Shown piece by piece: positions 12,268 to 26,504 of a DNA stretch of 64,000 bases (position 1 is the first letter of the stretch; each line of letters begins with the position of its first letter). A program made the translations under genes and the position numbers. The DNA comes from Macrostomum lignano (Eukaryota). The notes beneath the pieces were generated by a model. The model saw only the letters and a program-made list of their open reading frames with translations. It ran no database searches and had not been told where the DNA came from. The stretch is from the NCBI GenBank assembly GCA_002269645.1, contig NIVC01000993.1, forward strand, positions 1 through 64,000. Reading direction: 5' to 3'.

Positions 12268-13057
12268 AGTGTAGAAAAGAGAGAAATATTGCATTTCAAT
12301 TCCGTAGTAGCATGCAGTTATATTATAACAATATTAGAGATGGTGAAACGATTCCTTTATGGTGAGCACAATAAGGTACGGTCCGCAGCGTAGCAACAAT
12401 AGCTCAGCAGTTAGTCATGCATTACATTCCTAAGTTTCGCCAATTTTGTTAGAGGCCGGTTGCAAGGTTCAGTCTTTTCGTAGCTAATATCACCTTCTGA
12501 ACTTCGAAACTTCAACTATAGCAAGCATGCGTTTCGTTTAAGATGCACTCGCAAGTTTGTCAAGTGAAAAGGTTGAGAGCGTATTACTGGAGAGTGGCAA
12601 CGCTTAATTAAAGTACAATTGTGTTTTTATTATCGGATTTCACTAAGATTTGCTGTTTTGCACATCGCTGAATCCTGTACCTAGCTACATAGCATTTCAT
12701 GAAACAATAGCTAGATAACCTTGAGAGTGCGACTTGAGCGAAACAAAACTCCCGTTGAAAACGTTACTGTGACAAGAATAGCTATAAAGTCATTGCAAAC
12801 AACTCAACTAGTGACTCTAGCGGCCCTGGGGCCGACTGTTGCGACTTTTTAACGACTCAAACGACTGTAATGCGACGTAGAGGTAGGTGACTGTTGAGTC
12901 TCGAGCGCATTGCGTGAGTTGCTGAACCGTAAAAAAGTCGTGAAAAGTCGTCCAAGTGTCGTTGTGTTATCGTTTGACTTTCTACTAACTCAAGTAGATT
13001 AAATACAGTTGTTATAAATGTGAAATGCGATTCAAATTCATGAAAGTAAAGATGCGC

Positions 13058-14465
13058 TTTAGACACAACTTAGTGACTCTGCAGCAACTCCAGCACGCCT
13101 CTGACACGACTCAGTGACTCTGCAGCAACTCCAGCACGCCTCAGACACAACTCAGTGACTCTGCAGCAACTCCAGCACGCCTCAGACACAACTCAGTGAC
13201 TCTGCAGCAACTCCAGCACGCCTCAGACACAACTCAGTGACTCTGCAGCAACTCTAGCACGCCTCAGACACGACTCAGTGACTCTGCAGCAACTCCAGCA
13301 CGCCTCAGACACAACTCAGTGACTCTGCAGCAACTCCAGCACGCCTCAGACACAACTCAGTGACTCTGCAGCAACTCCAGCACGCCTCAGACACAACTCA
13401 GTGACTCTGCAGCAACTCCAGCACGCCTCAGACACAACTCAGTGACTCTGCAGCAACTCCAGCACGCCTCAGACACGACTCAGTGACTCTGCAGCAACTC
13501 CAGCACGCCTCAGACACAACTCAGTGACTCTGCAGCAACTCCAGCACGCCTCAGACACAACTCAGTGACTCTGCAGCAACTCCAGCACGCCTCAGACACA
13601 ACTCAGTGACTCTGCAGCAACTCCAGCACGCCTCAGACACGACTCAGTGACTCTGCAGCAACTCCAGCACGCCTCAGACACAACTCAGTGACTCTGCAGC
13701 AACTCCAGCACGCCTCAGACACAACTCAGTGACTCTGCAGCAACTCCAGCACGCCTCAGACACAACTCAGTGACTCTGCAGCAACTCCAGCACGCCTCAG
13801 ACACAACTCAGTGACTCTGCAGCAACTCCAGCACGCCTCAGACACGACTCAGTGACTCTGCAGCAACTCCAGCACGCCTCAGACACGACTCAGTGACTCT
13901 GCAGCAACTCCAGCACGCCTCAGACACGACTCAGTGACTCTGCAGCAACTCCAGCACGCCTCAGACACAACTCAGTGACTCTGCAGCAACTCCAGCACGC
14001 CTCAGACACAACTCAGTGACTCTGCAGCAACTCCAGCACGCCTCAGACACAACTCAGTGACTCTGCAGCAACTCCAGCACGCCTCAGACACAACTCAGTG
14101 ACTCTGCAGCAACTCTAGCACGCCTCAGACACGACTCAGTGACTCTGCAGCAACTCCAGCACGCCTCAGACACAACTCAGTGACTCTGCAGCAACTCCAG
14201 CACGCCTCAGACACAACTCAGTGACTCTGCAGCAACTCTAGCACGCCTCAGACACAACTCAGTGACTCTGCAGCAACTCCAGCACGCCTCAGACACAACT
14301 CAGTGACTCTGCAGCAACTCCAGCACGCCTCAGACACAACTCAGTGACTCTGCAGCAACTCCAGCACGCCTCAGACACAACTCAGTGACTCTGCAGCAAC
14401 TCCAGCACGCCTCAGACACAACTCAGTGACTCTGCAGCAACTCCAGCACGCCTCAGACACAACTC
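13058..14465. repeat. 41-bp minisatellite, about 34 nearly identical copies
   Basis: Unit GACTCTGCAGCAACTCCAGCACGCCTCAGACACAACTCAGT; the only variants are rare A/G and C/T substitutions. Confidence 0.97.
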
Positions 14466-15946
14466 TACGGCCCCAGAGTCATTGTAGAATCACCCAAAGC
14501 CTTTTCATAGTCGCAGACAATAAAACGCCACAAATTAATTCTTAGGACGACTTTTTGGCGACTTGTACCGTGACATCTCGTCGGTTTAGAGTCGTCTTGA
14601 GTCACTTCTTTCCTATTTTACCTGTGTTACCTGTAAGGACTCGGAAGCGACTCTGGGGTGAAGCAAGTGACTCTGAGACGCTTCTTGGCCTGGGTACCGT
14701 TTTTATCGAACTTATTTAGAATTCGAATTCACAGAATGGGAGAACGGGGCGACACAGAAGCACAATTGTCAGTGAGCAAACTTCTTAAATTTATACCTTT
14801 GTATGGCACCGTGTCTTTAACGTATTGTGTCAGCGGTCCTGGTGTTTTTCAACTCCGGATCTTCTCTTCAAAATGGTATATTAAGACTACTGTTACCAGC
14901 AGTAGCATGCTGAGCATATTGTGCGCTGAATTGCCTGACTGATGCATCATACATCTTTGCATTGTTGTGTTGTTGTGCTTTATTTCAAATTCAAGATTTT
15001 GTGTGTTCAAAGAGAATACCTAACTATACACATATAGCTATAGTCTGATCACATATTGTTATTTGTCTGACAGATTTCACTAATTTTCTTTTATACTGTG
15101 ACAATATTTGCCAAAAATATAATACATACATACTGTTTTACCTGGTGTTTAACTTCAGTAACGAGTATATTGATGAATTTATCGATTCACAAAGCTTTCT
15201 TACTTATACGGACGTCACCAATGAAGTCACCGAGATTTTATCAGACTACAGATTTTTAGTGTTGTGGCACAGCTACTGCCGCAAATGAAGGCGACAGAAC
15301 TGCAAGTGTTTAAACAAATTAATTACTATAACAACTTAATCTGTCTGTTAATCTCCCAGTTCTAAGCCTTGTAAAAGATTTCTAATTTAAAACACGGAAT
15401 ATTCGAAATAATTATTTTGCAGAGTGCAAACTCGAACAAACCATATTAAACTCGAGCGCACTCTCCATATCCCAGTTTCTGCATAGACCGGTTCTAACCG
15501 GTACAGAGAAGGACGCTGAGAAGTTCGGTGAGTCACGTGAATCTCTGAAATGATATTGATGAACAGCCCCTCCCTTTAAGTCCAAAGGAAACAATCTGAT
15601 GACAGAAGCAAATGAAACCGTCTTTTTGCAATATCCTTATTTCCAAAAAAGTCAGGGAAAGTGAATAGGATTTGCCAAAAATGACAATAGATCTTGTTCA
15701 CCTGAGTTGTAGCAATTTCCTTTGCATTTCGCACAAATTACGTCGTTGGCTTCTTATTGGCAAAGTGACTTTCTAAGTTACTTCTAGAAGAGAGACACCA
15801 CAGGGACTCCCACCTTACCTTTTTCAGGCGCTGCATGCCTGCTGTGTTAATTAAAAGCAAATTAAATCATGTTATTAAAAGTACAAGTTACCTCTGTCTT
15901 CAGAGCGTACCGAACTACTTTGTTCTGTTAATCATTAGAAATCCTT

Positions 15947-16137
15947 CAACAGACTCTTGCACAGTTGCACCAACAGACTCTTGCACAGTTGCACCAACAG
16001 ACTCTTGCACAGTTGCACCAACAGACTCTTGCACAGTTGCACCAACAGACTCTTGCACAGTTGCACCAACAGACTCTTGCACAGTTGCACCAACAGACTC
16101 TTGCACAGTTGTACCAACAGACTTGTACGGTTGCACC
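15947..16137. repeat. 24-bp minisatellite, about 8 copies
   Basis: Unit CAACAGACTCTTGCACAGTTGCAC. Confidence 0.95.
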
Positions 16138-17784
16138 ACATTAACTTGTAAATTCTCAACATAGACAGCACATTACATAAATTTGTAACACTGTGTTTGA
16201 ATGCAGAATTTAATGGAATATCAACGAAACAACTTCTGTAATGCTTTTTAACTGGTCATTGAGAGACAGACAACTTTCTATTCAAAATAGTGCCTACATC
16301 ATCAAAACCTTTTCCTGTCCTTAAATGACCTAATGGACGGCCAAATTTCGTTTTCAAAGTGTTCCTGCAGTCGAAAGCGCAATGCTAATTTGATGCCCAA
16401 TACTAGGCATAATATATTGCCCAGCTGTGACCACAGCTGTCTCGCCCTTTCGCCCTCTCCGGTCAGGACAAAGGTCCATGCAGCAGTCAACATCGCTCGT
16501 CGCGCAACCAGCCATCAGCTTCAAAGCGGGTAAGTCCACCCACCGCCAAGCAAAGTCCTTTCGCCTGTTTCTGCAGAAAGTTTTTTCTCCACCATACAGG
16601 CAGTCATAAAAAGCAACACGTCTAGGATCTTTGCTGCTGCTTTCGGATTCGGACAAAAACATATCAGCTGGGCGTCGCTTTCATCTCGCCGCCGCCTCGT
16701 TTGAAAGCCATCTGAGGGGGAGTGATGGACTTTTGACCCGAGGAAACTAGTGGAATAAGGTATCAGGGAGAAGGACGAGAATCCTTAAGACGTACCGTTC
16801 CCTAATATTCCAGAGTTTCAAGTATCCCTGCATGTCCAGGTGCGCTGGCGACCTCAGACGACCCCGTCTGGGAGGCCGATTCCTTACCCGAAATTGCCCG
16901 TTTAATATGTTACCTTTGAAGGGCAAGGGAAAGTGAAGGTTCAACTCAAGGCTAACGCAGCCTTGAACTTGCTGACGTGGTGAAAGCAAATCCAACTTTG
17001 TTTCCGGCCTTGATTGCCCAGTTGCTAGAGTTATTAGCCAATGCACTAGTCTTGATGAAGCAGGCGTCAAGAGGCATGATTGCCCTACAGTACAAACTTG
17101 GTGAACTCACAAATTCAAAAAGCATTTAATAGGATTCGTTTATTGCATTTGACTATATAGACAAGTTAAGTATTTCCATATAGAGTTGTTCCGTCTCAGT
17201 CTGATGTCAAAACTTCTCGATCCAATTAACCTTATCCCTCTAACTCTCGGACTTCGCCGCCATCATTTCACCTTCTCTCATCAGGGGGTTTGTCTCATCT
17301 CATCAGTCAGGGCCGCTGAAGTCAGGAGTCAGTGGAATGGACAGAATCGCTTCAGCGCTGGTTGTGTGACGATGTCGCGTTGAGAGCGTTTTACCGGGGT
17401 CTCCGCTGCCCATCCCATCCGTCTTTCTCGTCTCCTCACTTTCTCAACGCCTGTCTTTGTCGTTTTCCGTCATATCGGTGCGAGCTTTCGCATGTTCTCT
17501 AAAGCATTTCTGTCAGGTCAAGACTGACGAGCTTTTTCTGTGATTAATAATTCTGAACTAGACGAACGGAAGGATTAAATGCTGTTCTTTGAGGGGACTG
17601 CGTCATTAAAAATTAATTACAGATTAATTAGGATGCCTAAGGGCCAGTCGAGTTTCTAAATTTACCTCAACTTTTCGGCTGTCGAAAATTTCGCAGTCTA
17701 TATCTGCAAGCTAAATACTCTGAAATCTGGTTTTCGAAAAAGGTTCTTTATGTTCTTGATTGTCAAATCCATCTGACTCGATTA

Positions 17785-17871
17785 TGTCTGACCCAGCTTT
17801 GTCTGACCCAGCTTTGTCTGACCCAGCTTTGTCTGACCCAGCTTTGTCTGACCCAGCTTTGTCTGACCCAG
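17785..17871. repeat. 15-bp tandem repeat, about 6 copies
   Basis: Unit TGTCTGACCCAGCTT. Confidence 0.92.
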
Positions 17872-18635
17872 TGGTCATCAAAACCACTTTTTCGAACTTC
17901 TAGGACCTAAAGTTATGTAGCTTAACACCTTTCATAAGCTTGACTTTCGTGGTCCGCACTTGCATCTTGCACCGCATTGGTGCTTAGCAGTTGATTGAAA
18001 TGTTATTCAGCTAATCGTTTTCTGTAGAATCGACATTGAAATGTTATTTCCATTCCAGAGGATAGATTAGGCTGGCTCGTATAATGATTAGTTGATAAGA
18101 ATGGCGGAATTACGAGTAATAAGGGAAGTTCGGCTGCACCGAAAGCGAAGAGACATTCCGAGAACGCAGTCCCTGCAGGGAGCGAGATCCGGTTTTTATC
18201 GGGTATCTCATATCAGGTACTTCGGATAAAAGGGCCAACTTCTAAAAATGGAAGGATGGAGGACAGGATAATTTCGATCTAAAGACTCAGTGGGCGGCGA
18301 GTTAACAGGTGGCCTAGAAACCGTTTATCTTGGTGCCTGGATGATCTGCTCCCAAACTGGAGTGGAAACCGGCTTCCCGACTCAGAGGAAGTCCAGCTGA
18401 CTGGAATTCAGATCAAATAGAAAAACCGGTTCGGCCCTGTGTGCAATATCTTCTGCTTAATACTCGGCCAGTCTAAATATGGAATTTGAAGAACTGATAT
18501 GATTAGAGCTGTGAAAACGATATTAATTAAGAAATTATAACATCTAAATCATAACTTGTAACAGAAGTTAAAGTTTGCTTCTAAATAGAGCCTTAGGTCT
18601 GCATCTAGGGCAGCATTTTTGGTTGCCAAGAATTT

Positions 18636-19160
18636 TGTCTGCGCCGTTCATTGCTAAGAACGCACTGTGTCTGCGCCGTTCATTGCTAAGAACGCATTGT
18701 GTCTGCGCCGTTCATTGCTAAGAACGCACTGTGTCTGCGCCGTTCATTGCTAAGAACGCACTGTGTCTGCGCCGTTCATTGCTAAGAACGCATTGTGTCT
18801 GTGCCGTTCATTGCTAAGAACGCACTGTGTCTGTGCCGTTCGTTGCTAAGAACGCATTGTGTCTGTGCCGTTCATTGCTAAGAACGCACTGTGTCTGTAC
18901 CGTTCATTGCTAAGAACGCACTGTGTCTGTGCCGTTCGTTGCTAAGGACGCATTGTGTCTGTGCCGTTCATTGCTACGGACGCATTGTGTCTGCGCCGTT
19001 CGTTGCTAAGGACGCATTGTGTCTGTGCAGTTCGTTGCTAAGGACGCATTGTGTCTGCGCCGTTCGTTGCTAAGGACGCATTGTGTCTGTGCAGTTCGTT
19101 ACTAAGGACGCATTGTGTTTGTCCCGTTCGTTGCTAAGGAAAAATTGTGCCTGTGCCATC
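18636..19160. repeat. 32-bp minisatellite, about 16 copies, degenerating to the right
   Basis: Unit GCGCCGTTCATTGCTAAGAACGCACTGTGTCT. Confidence 0.93.
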
Positions 19161-21172
19161 CGTTGCTAAGATCAGATTGCACCTGTGCTGTTTGTTTCTA
19201 AGGACACATTGTGCTGTCTACAAGTAGCTACGTACCTTTTAAAAGCAACAAGCTTAAGCGAGCAGTTCAAATCAGCCATAGCAATTACAAAAAGCCGCTT
19301 TCTACAGAGCAGCGTCAATGTTTAGTCAGACAGAAATGTAATGACGCAAGCACCCAAAATGGTCGAGCTAAAATTAGCATTGCTGAGAAAGCGAGACAGA
19401 CGGACAGTGAGAAGAAAATGACAGGTAAACAGGTTTCTCATGGAAAACAAAATCACCGATCGTCCATCTGTTTTGGACAACAATTTTCGTCAGCAAAAAA
19501 TGTCAATAATAATACTGGAACAGATCGCGTTTTGATTGCTGCGTTCTAAATAAAAAATAGAGAGCCGCCTCTAGTCCGAACGGAAGAGAAATGCGTAATT
19601 GCAACTGCTTGCTCTTATAGACGAATAGATGATAAATAGGCAGCCATTTTATAGTTTGAGTCCATTTACTCAGATCTGCATCGCGCTGTCGTTGCTGCCT
19701 CGGGTAAAAAAAACTAGGGAGAAGTAGTGCGTGCTTGTTTTTTACTGCGTCGATGAGTAGCTATGAGCGGTTGGGATGCGAGAGTGCAGATGGATGCAGG
19801 GCGCGCTGTAATTATTGAGGGAAAACCTGCATCCACCCATGGGTATTAATGAGATGCTTTTTCTTTCTCAGTCAGGCTCTGCCAGAGGTAAAGGGTTAAC
19901 TGTAATATTCAGGACGGAGCACGGTGGCCGGGCGTGATCGACAGGTAGACAGACCAACGACCCCCAGTCAGTCACGGCATCTTTGCGTGATTTCATGCAT
20001 GCCACTACATTCTGTCCGCTTTTTGTCCAATATTACCGAATAAGCAAAGTACAATAAACGGATTCACTATCATGCCAGACTCGCGTGATACTGTAATCCA
20101 TGCTACCAGATCACCTGTGTTGAAAATTGCTAACTAAACTAAAAACCTGAACACGCGGCCATTGCGTGATAAAAATGGTTAAATAGGCGAGAGTAATAAT
20201 GATTGGCAGGTAATCATTCCCCTTGGCTTGTTTACCTTTCTCGGGGGGGGGGAGGCGGTTGATTTCCCTTTCGGGTAAATGGAGCTCAGCAAAAATTGTA
20301 CCCATCTTCTCCCCCTGACTTTCTCTCCCAGACTGTCAGCCAAACAGCACCCCAGAGCACCCTTGGATGAGTGCTTGAGCACTTGAATGAGTTGATGACT
20401 GAATCGTGCTACATTTTAACCGCTGATCGGTTCAGCGTTGACCAAAGCCGTGTGCATTCGGCCTTGTTGACAGTGCGCCGTGGTTTAGGGGATGAGATGT
20501 GAGGTGCCCGCGTTATTAATCATCCCCCTAATGCAGAAGAGACAGAGAGGGAAATTCAAACCCTGGATAGATGTCCCGCCTCATGATGCAGCTCGTCTAG
20601 TTGCGAGTCATACAAACATTAAGCTGGGTAAGCTCTGTCCCTGTCTGCAAATTGACGGACATATTGAACTTTCTGCTCCATCATAACCAAGTTTGATATT
20701 AATAAATTACTGGTAATCTATCTAGACTGTAAAAAGGTCAAAAGCTACATGCAGTTTATTGAAAAATATTATATTCCTTTCTTTGTTGCCGCCCCAGCAG
20801 GGGAGGGCGCAGATTGCTAGTAGCTATTCTAAGGGTTCAACAGAAGATCTTTAACACAGCGCAGCAGTTGAGAATCAAAAATTTTTATTAAAAAAAGAAT
20901 TAATTTGATTTTATCCGCGCCAGATCAGGCAGAAGCTGGTCTTCCCGCATCCGACCCTGAGTCTCCTAAGCGTCAGTCCGTCTGCAAAGCCGAATTAGAA
21001 ATAAGACTGAAGCGAGACGGGGGGGCGCTTCGGATTGGCTGATCGCGTCTCCCCTTCCTACTGCCGCTCTGTAGCAGATTATAAATACGGGAAAGTCCAG
21101 AATGCGCCGCACGCTAAACTATTGCAGCTTCTTCTTTGCGTTGATTTTTCAGTCTGGAAGCAGCAAGCCACG

Positions 21173-21184
21173 ATGCAACAACAA

Positions 21185-21217
<33 letters not shown>

Positions 21218-24200
21218 TATCCGACACTGGCCTCCGCAGCCGGAGTCGTGGCCGCCAATTTCCTGGCCGTGCCGGGAGTTCCCCGGTCCCAGTCGCGCCC
21301 GGACTCGATTCCAAACTCGCCGAGCCGGCCGGCGTGCGCTCGCTCGGCCCCGAAGGACCTCGGCTCCGGCAAGGCGGCGCGCTTCAACTGCGGCGGCTTC
21401 GTGGCCTCGTCCGAGTGCCTGGCCGAGGCTGAAGGCAGGGCGAAGCCGGCCTCGCTGCCAGATCGGGCGTCGCCTCTGGCTCGATTCCGCCGCAGCGGCA
21501 GCGGCGGCTCCTCTCAGAAGCAGCAAAGCGGCAGCCGGCTGAACTTCATCAAACGCTTCAAACGATTCAACAGCAACAAGAACGTCGAGGACTGGAGCTC
21601 GGAGACCTATCGCTCGGCCACCATCCTGGACGACGCCAATCGCCTCTACGAAGCTGTCGAAGCCGACGACGCCGTTTCCGTGGCCGACATCCTCGGCCGG
21701 CGGCCAGTGCTGAAGAACTGCATCAACGATCTGCAGCTCAGCCCGCTGGACATGGCGCTGATCCGCGACCGGCACCGAGTCGCTCAGCTGCTGTCCAGCC
21801 AGGACGCCGTCTGCAACCCTCGCCTCATTGGCGGCATGGAGAGACACCTGGTGGACATCGCGCACCGCCTGGCGGAGGAGATCGTGAGCACCTCGGCCAA
21901 GCTGCTTAGCCGGTCGTCGGCCAGCAGCCAGGACACTGAGGAGGAGCTGGACAGCCTCGATCAGACGCACCGCTTGGCCCAGCAGCTGCTCACCGATCTT
22001 CGCCAGTCGCCGCCGACGCCACCTCCGGCCAGAGTCAGCTTGGAGGTGTCCGGCGCCGAGTCGCTCAAAGTGACGGTGGCTGCGCCGTCAAGTTGGGTAG
22101 CGCTGCGCTATCGCATCGACTGGTCTGAGTCACCCGAATTCTCCAGTTTGCTAGGCAGCCGCGAGGCCGAAGCTCGGACGCCTCGGTCGGCATTCCAAAT
22201 CCAGCGGCTGGTGCCCGGCCGGCCAGTTTTTGTCCGAGTCGCCGCCTACTGTCACGCCGGCTGGGGCACAGCACGCGTCTCCGAGCCTGCCTCGTTGGTG
22301 CCGTCGGCTTGGTGGCAGGCGCCGGGATGCTCAGCGCCTCCGCCTACGCCGCCGGGTGACCAGGTGACCAGCTTGCGGACCGGCTTCGCTGACGAGCTGG
22401 CGGCCTGGCTGCACAGCAAGCAGGAGCAGCAGTCGCCTCAGCGGCAGCGGCAACGACAGCAGAATCAGCAAGAGGGGGTGCAGCATTGCCAGCAGCTGCA
22501 GCAGGCCGCCAGGAGCAAGTCGCCTCTGCGCAAGAGAACCAGCCTGCACCGGCTGTTCTCCGGCGGCGGCAGCGGTAGCAGCAGCAGCGACGGCGGCAGT
22601 GGCAGCGGCGGCGGCAGCAGCGTCTCTGGCGGCTCTGGCTCCGGCAACGACTGTCGCGGCGACATCGTCCGCCGACCAAGACAGGGCCTCTTCGTCACAG
22701 CCCTGCTGCACACTGCCGATCGGGTCCTGCTGCTCGATGACGCCCTGCCGCACGCCCAGGCCGAGACTGAGCTGAGCCCGACGATGAACCTCACGGCCGA
22801 CCTGGCCTGGCTGTCCCGCCTGCTGGCCGACGGGGCGAACCTCCGCTGCCTGGCCGCCCGGCTCGAGCGGCTGGGCTGGCCAGAGTCGCAGTCCACCCGG
22901 GTGGGCCTCACCCTGGCGGCCAGCCGGCTGCAGGAGGCGCTGGGCACCGACGTGCTCGGCCAGGTGTACCCGACGGTGGTTCGCAATGCCTCGGTCGCCT
23001 TTTTCGTGCTCGTCTGCCGGCTGGACTCCGTGCGCCACGCCGAGCCGGCCTCGTCCGCCGCCGCCCGCTGGACGCCGCTAACAAGCCTGGCAGGCAGGAA
23101 TGCCTCCTGCCCGGGGGAGGAGCTGCTGCTCAGCCGACTAGATGACTTACTGGCGTTCTCATCGCGGGCTCTGGTTGCTATGGAGACTGGGCTTTACCTG
23201 GGCTACGTGCACCTGCGCAGCGGGATGGACAGTATCAGCATCCTGGTCGATGGCGGGCAGCCCAGCTGCGTGCCCTGCGTGCGGCTACGAGAAAATCCGC
23301 ACGTGAGCTGCAACGAATGGCGACGCCTACGCAATCAGACTGGCGTTGGCGGCGAGGGCGAGAGAGAAGCCAGCGGAGAGGTTGAGGCCGAAAGCGACAG
23401 CGGCGACGAGGAAGGCGAAATTGGGCGCCTATTTGTTGAATCGGTGCGCTGCGGTGCCGGCCGTCTGTGCGACCTGCTGCAGCTGCCGTCTGACCAGCGG
23501 GCTAGGCTTCGGGTCTTCACGGGCCAGGTGTGTTGGGAGACTCGCTACCTGTTGCCCATCTCTAGGCTTAACTAGCATATTAGTTGCATTTACATAAGTA
23601 TTCGCATTCACATCCGCATTCACATCCGCATTCACATCCGCATTCACATCCGCATTCACATCCGCATTCACATCCGCATTCACATCCGCATTCACATCCG
23701 CATTCACATCCGCATCCGCATTCACATCCACATTCACATCCGCATTCACTTCCGTGTTCATAAACCCGGAAATTCAAATTCACACAGACACTCAACTATA
23801 TCCACATCCGGATTCCTCACAGGTGGTGCAGCTGAGCCCGCGGGTGGCCCTTCTGCTGGCCTTCCCTCCGCCAGACTCGGTCTGCACGGTACCTGGCGCC
23901 GCTGACCCCTTAGCCGGCGTGTCCGGTCTGACCCGCGTGCCGCTGCCGCTGTTCGACCAGCTGCATTTTCGCGTCTACGGCGGCCGTTGGCACGCGGATC
24001 TGGCTTCTCTGGGCGCCAGTCTGGAGCTGTTTCTAGCCCTGGCGCTGCACGTCCAGAGGGGGGCCTTCTCGGACGCCGAATTAGCCGAGGCCAAGGGCCG
24101 GGTAGCGCGGCTGCAGTCGGTGCAGGCCAGTCTGGAGTCGCTAGTCCGGCCGCAGCGCTGGTCGCACACAGCCATCAGTATGGCACGGGATCGGTCCGGC

Positions 24201-24743
24201 TGCTGCCACTGCTGCTTGGAGATCTGCCCCACGCCACCGGCGGCTGCCGCTTCTCCGGAGGGCCGACGTCTCTCCCCGCCGCAGGGTTCGCTGCGGGTTC
24301 GAGCTCCGGTGGCCTCACCAACTGGCCAGGAAATGTGGCTAACGTTGCAGGCCACGTGTCAGACCACGGCCGAGGATCTGTGCAACCACGTGCTGGCCCA
24401 GGTTGAGCAGCGAGCACCGCGACGTCGTCAGAGACAGTCGGAAAGTGATGCAGCCTCCGCGTCAGCCGCTGGCGTATCTTTGGTGGTGTCGCTCGGCGAC
24501 ATTGAAATGCCGCTGCCGCCAGCGGCTCGTCCGTTGCAGCTGCCGCAGCCGTGGCGCGACGGCCAGCTGTCGGTGCGCCGGAACTCTGATCTGGCGTCGT
24601 CGCCGGGTCCGTCGCCGGGGCTGCAGCCGATGGTTCACGCGCAGCAGCAGCAACAGTTCACGGTGCTGGCTGCGGCGGCGGCGGCGACTGCAGCTGCCGC
24701 TTCCGCCATCAGCTCCGAGGGCACCGTCGTGTTCGACTTGTGA
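21173..24743 (+). CDS. ANKFN1: ANKFN1 / wide awake (wake, Banderuola)-like ankyrin-FN3-RA protein, 2 exons, about 1091 aa
   Basis: Exons 21173-23527 and 23823-24743, phase-0 GT-AG intron. Ankyrin pair (LYEAVEADD...SPLDMAL), FN3 (RVSLEVSGAESLKV...YRIDWS...FVRVAAYCHAGWG), family motifs GLFVTALLH, VRLRENPHVSCNEW, QVVQLSPRVALLLAFPPPDSVC, and a C-terminal Ras-association-like segment (LQATCQTTAEDL). The ATG is inferred; an acceptor-like TTTTTCAG lies at 21145-21152. Confidence 0.82.
23604..23749. repeat. 12-bp tandem repeat, about 12 copies, inside the ANKFN1-like intron
   Basis: Unit GCATTCACATCC. Confidence 0.95.
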
Positions 24744-25173
24744 ATTGCTATGTGTAATCGTGAACTATTGACAAAAATATCTGACGAGCTTAGGAAGGAA
24801 CAGGAAAGGAAAATGTATATATTTATATTACTCATTCATTGTCTCGTTCGTTCAATTGAATTTGTTGAGCTGTCGTTGAACACTTTAGGAAGATCACCAA
24901 GTCAAGAGCAGTGCCGCCTAAACAGCTCAACAATTTGATGAAACTTGCTTGATCTATAATTAATATTCTTTTTGCAAATTCGACCGGTAATTATACATGT
25001 ATTAGGTGTCCAGCAAGTTTCTAGCAAGTTTTTCCCTTCAGCTTTTAGTTGGTTTCGAATTTTAGTCGCGAAAGTTCATTATTGTTCATCCCGCAATGCC
25101 ATTCCGTGTAAACTATTGGTCAGATCAATCTACTTTTTTTTGTGGTGGCTTATAGACCTACAAAAAGAACTTT

Positions 25174-25410
25174 TTAAACAGTAGAATTTCTCCTCCTCAG
25201 CTCGATGTTGTGCGATTCAACCCACTTTCTGACCTTGTGATAATTTGTATTCAAAGTATCTAACGTCCTTCTCGGTGTTGAACCACTTGTTAACGAGTCA
25301 ATAACGTCTGTCTGCACAGTAAAACCGCTATGCACTAAAATGATGAAATAAAATTCAATTGAGCCCTGTGACGCCACTCGCACTAAAAAAGCACGTTGAT
25401 CGATGACCAT
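25174..25410 (-). mobile_element. Possible degenerate non-LTR (LINE) reverse transcriptase remnant
   Basis: IDQRAFLVRV...SQGSI...LDTLNTNYHKVRKWVESHNIEL loosely follows RT motifs (PQGS, then the W..n.l.ln segment). The YADD motif is absent. Confidence 0.3.
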
Positions 25411-25925
25411 TTTCAGGTGGAAAATTCCATCATTTGATTGCTCCGTCCTATGAAAAATAATAAAGCACAGAGGCGGGGATAATAAGCATTCTGCATCTTA
25501 TCTACGACTGCGGAGCCGATTATCCTCACTCAGCTGCACCAATTTTAGCAATCCCCATTTCGGTTAAGTAAACGGAGGTCCCTCCGGGGCAGTGCCGTCA
25601 TTTTCGGAATATTTTCCGCCATCTGCTGAGCAATATCACAGATTAAAGCAAAGATTATCTAGCCATCAACCTCGGTACGGCCCAAGGGCTTCCTAATCAG
25701 AAAATAGCACCGCAAAACAGCTCTGAAATTTTATTTGGGACAAAATTACAGGACAACCGGCTGATGGAAACGGTGCGCGAATGTGTATCTGATATTGCAG
25801 CTGAGCCCAAACGAACTGACCTATCCTCGTATGCACGGTAGTAAGATGATGTCGGCGAATGCACTACACCGAGCTGACTTGTCAGAAAATAACTAAGGCT
25901 GGGTTTACTAAAACATGTTTTGTTC

Positions 25926-26504
<579 letters not shown>

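Noticed and set aside
4404-14465. 40/41-bp arrays as CRISPR arrays
   Set aside because: Units are contiguous with no unique spacers, there are no cas genes, and the context is eukaryotic.
12810-14680. Long inverted repeats flanking the 41-bp array
   Set aside because: Short inverted matches exist (9-11 bp) but their order is not mirror-symmetric, so no fold-back element can be defined.
15595-15625. CTGATGA...GAAACCGTC hammerhead-like string
   Set aside because: Stem II and stem III cannot pair properly.
16250-17100. Minus-strand ORF fragments as a retroelement
   Set aside because: Only vague resemblance to RT motifs in broken frames; it cannot be supported without a profile search.
7555-20874. 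Shared 14-mer GCAGCAGTTGAGAA upstream of TTLL4 and ANKFN1
   Set aside because: It is partly low-complexity CAG repeat, occurs only twice, and sits at different distances from the ATG; chance is likely.
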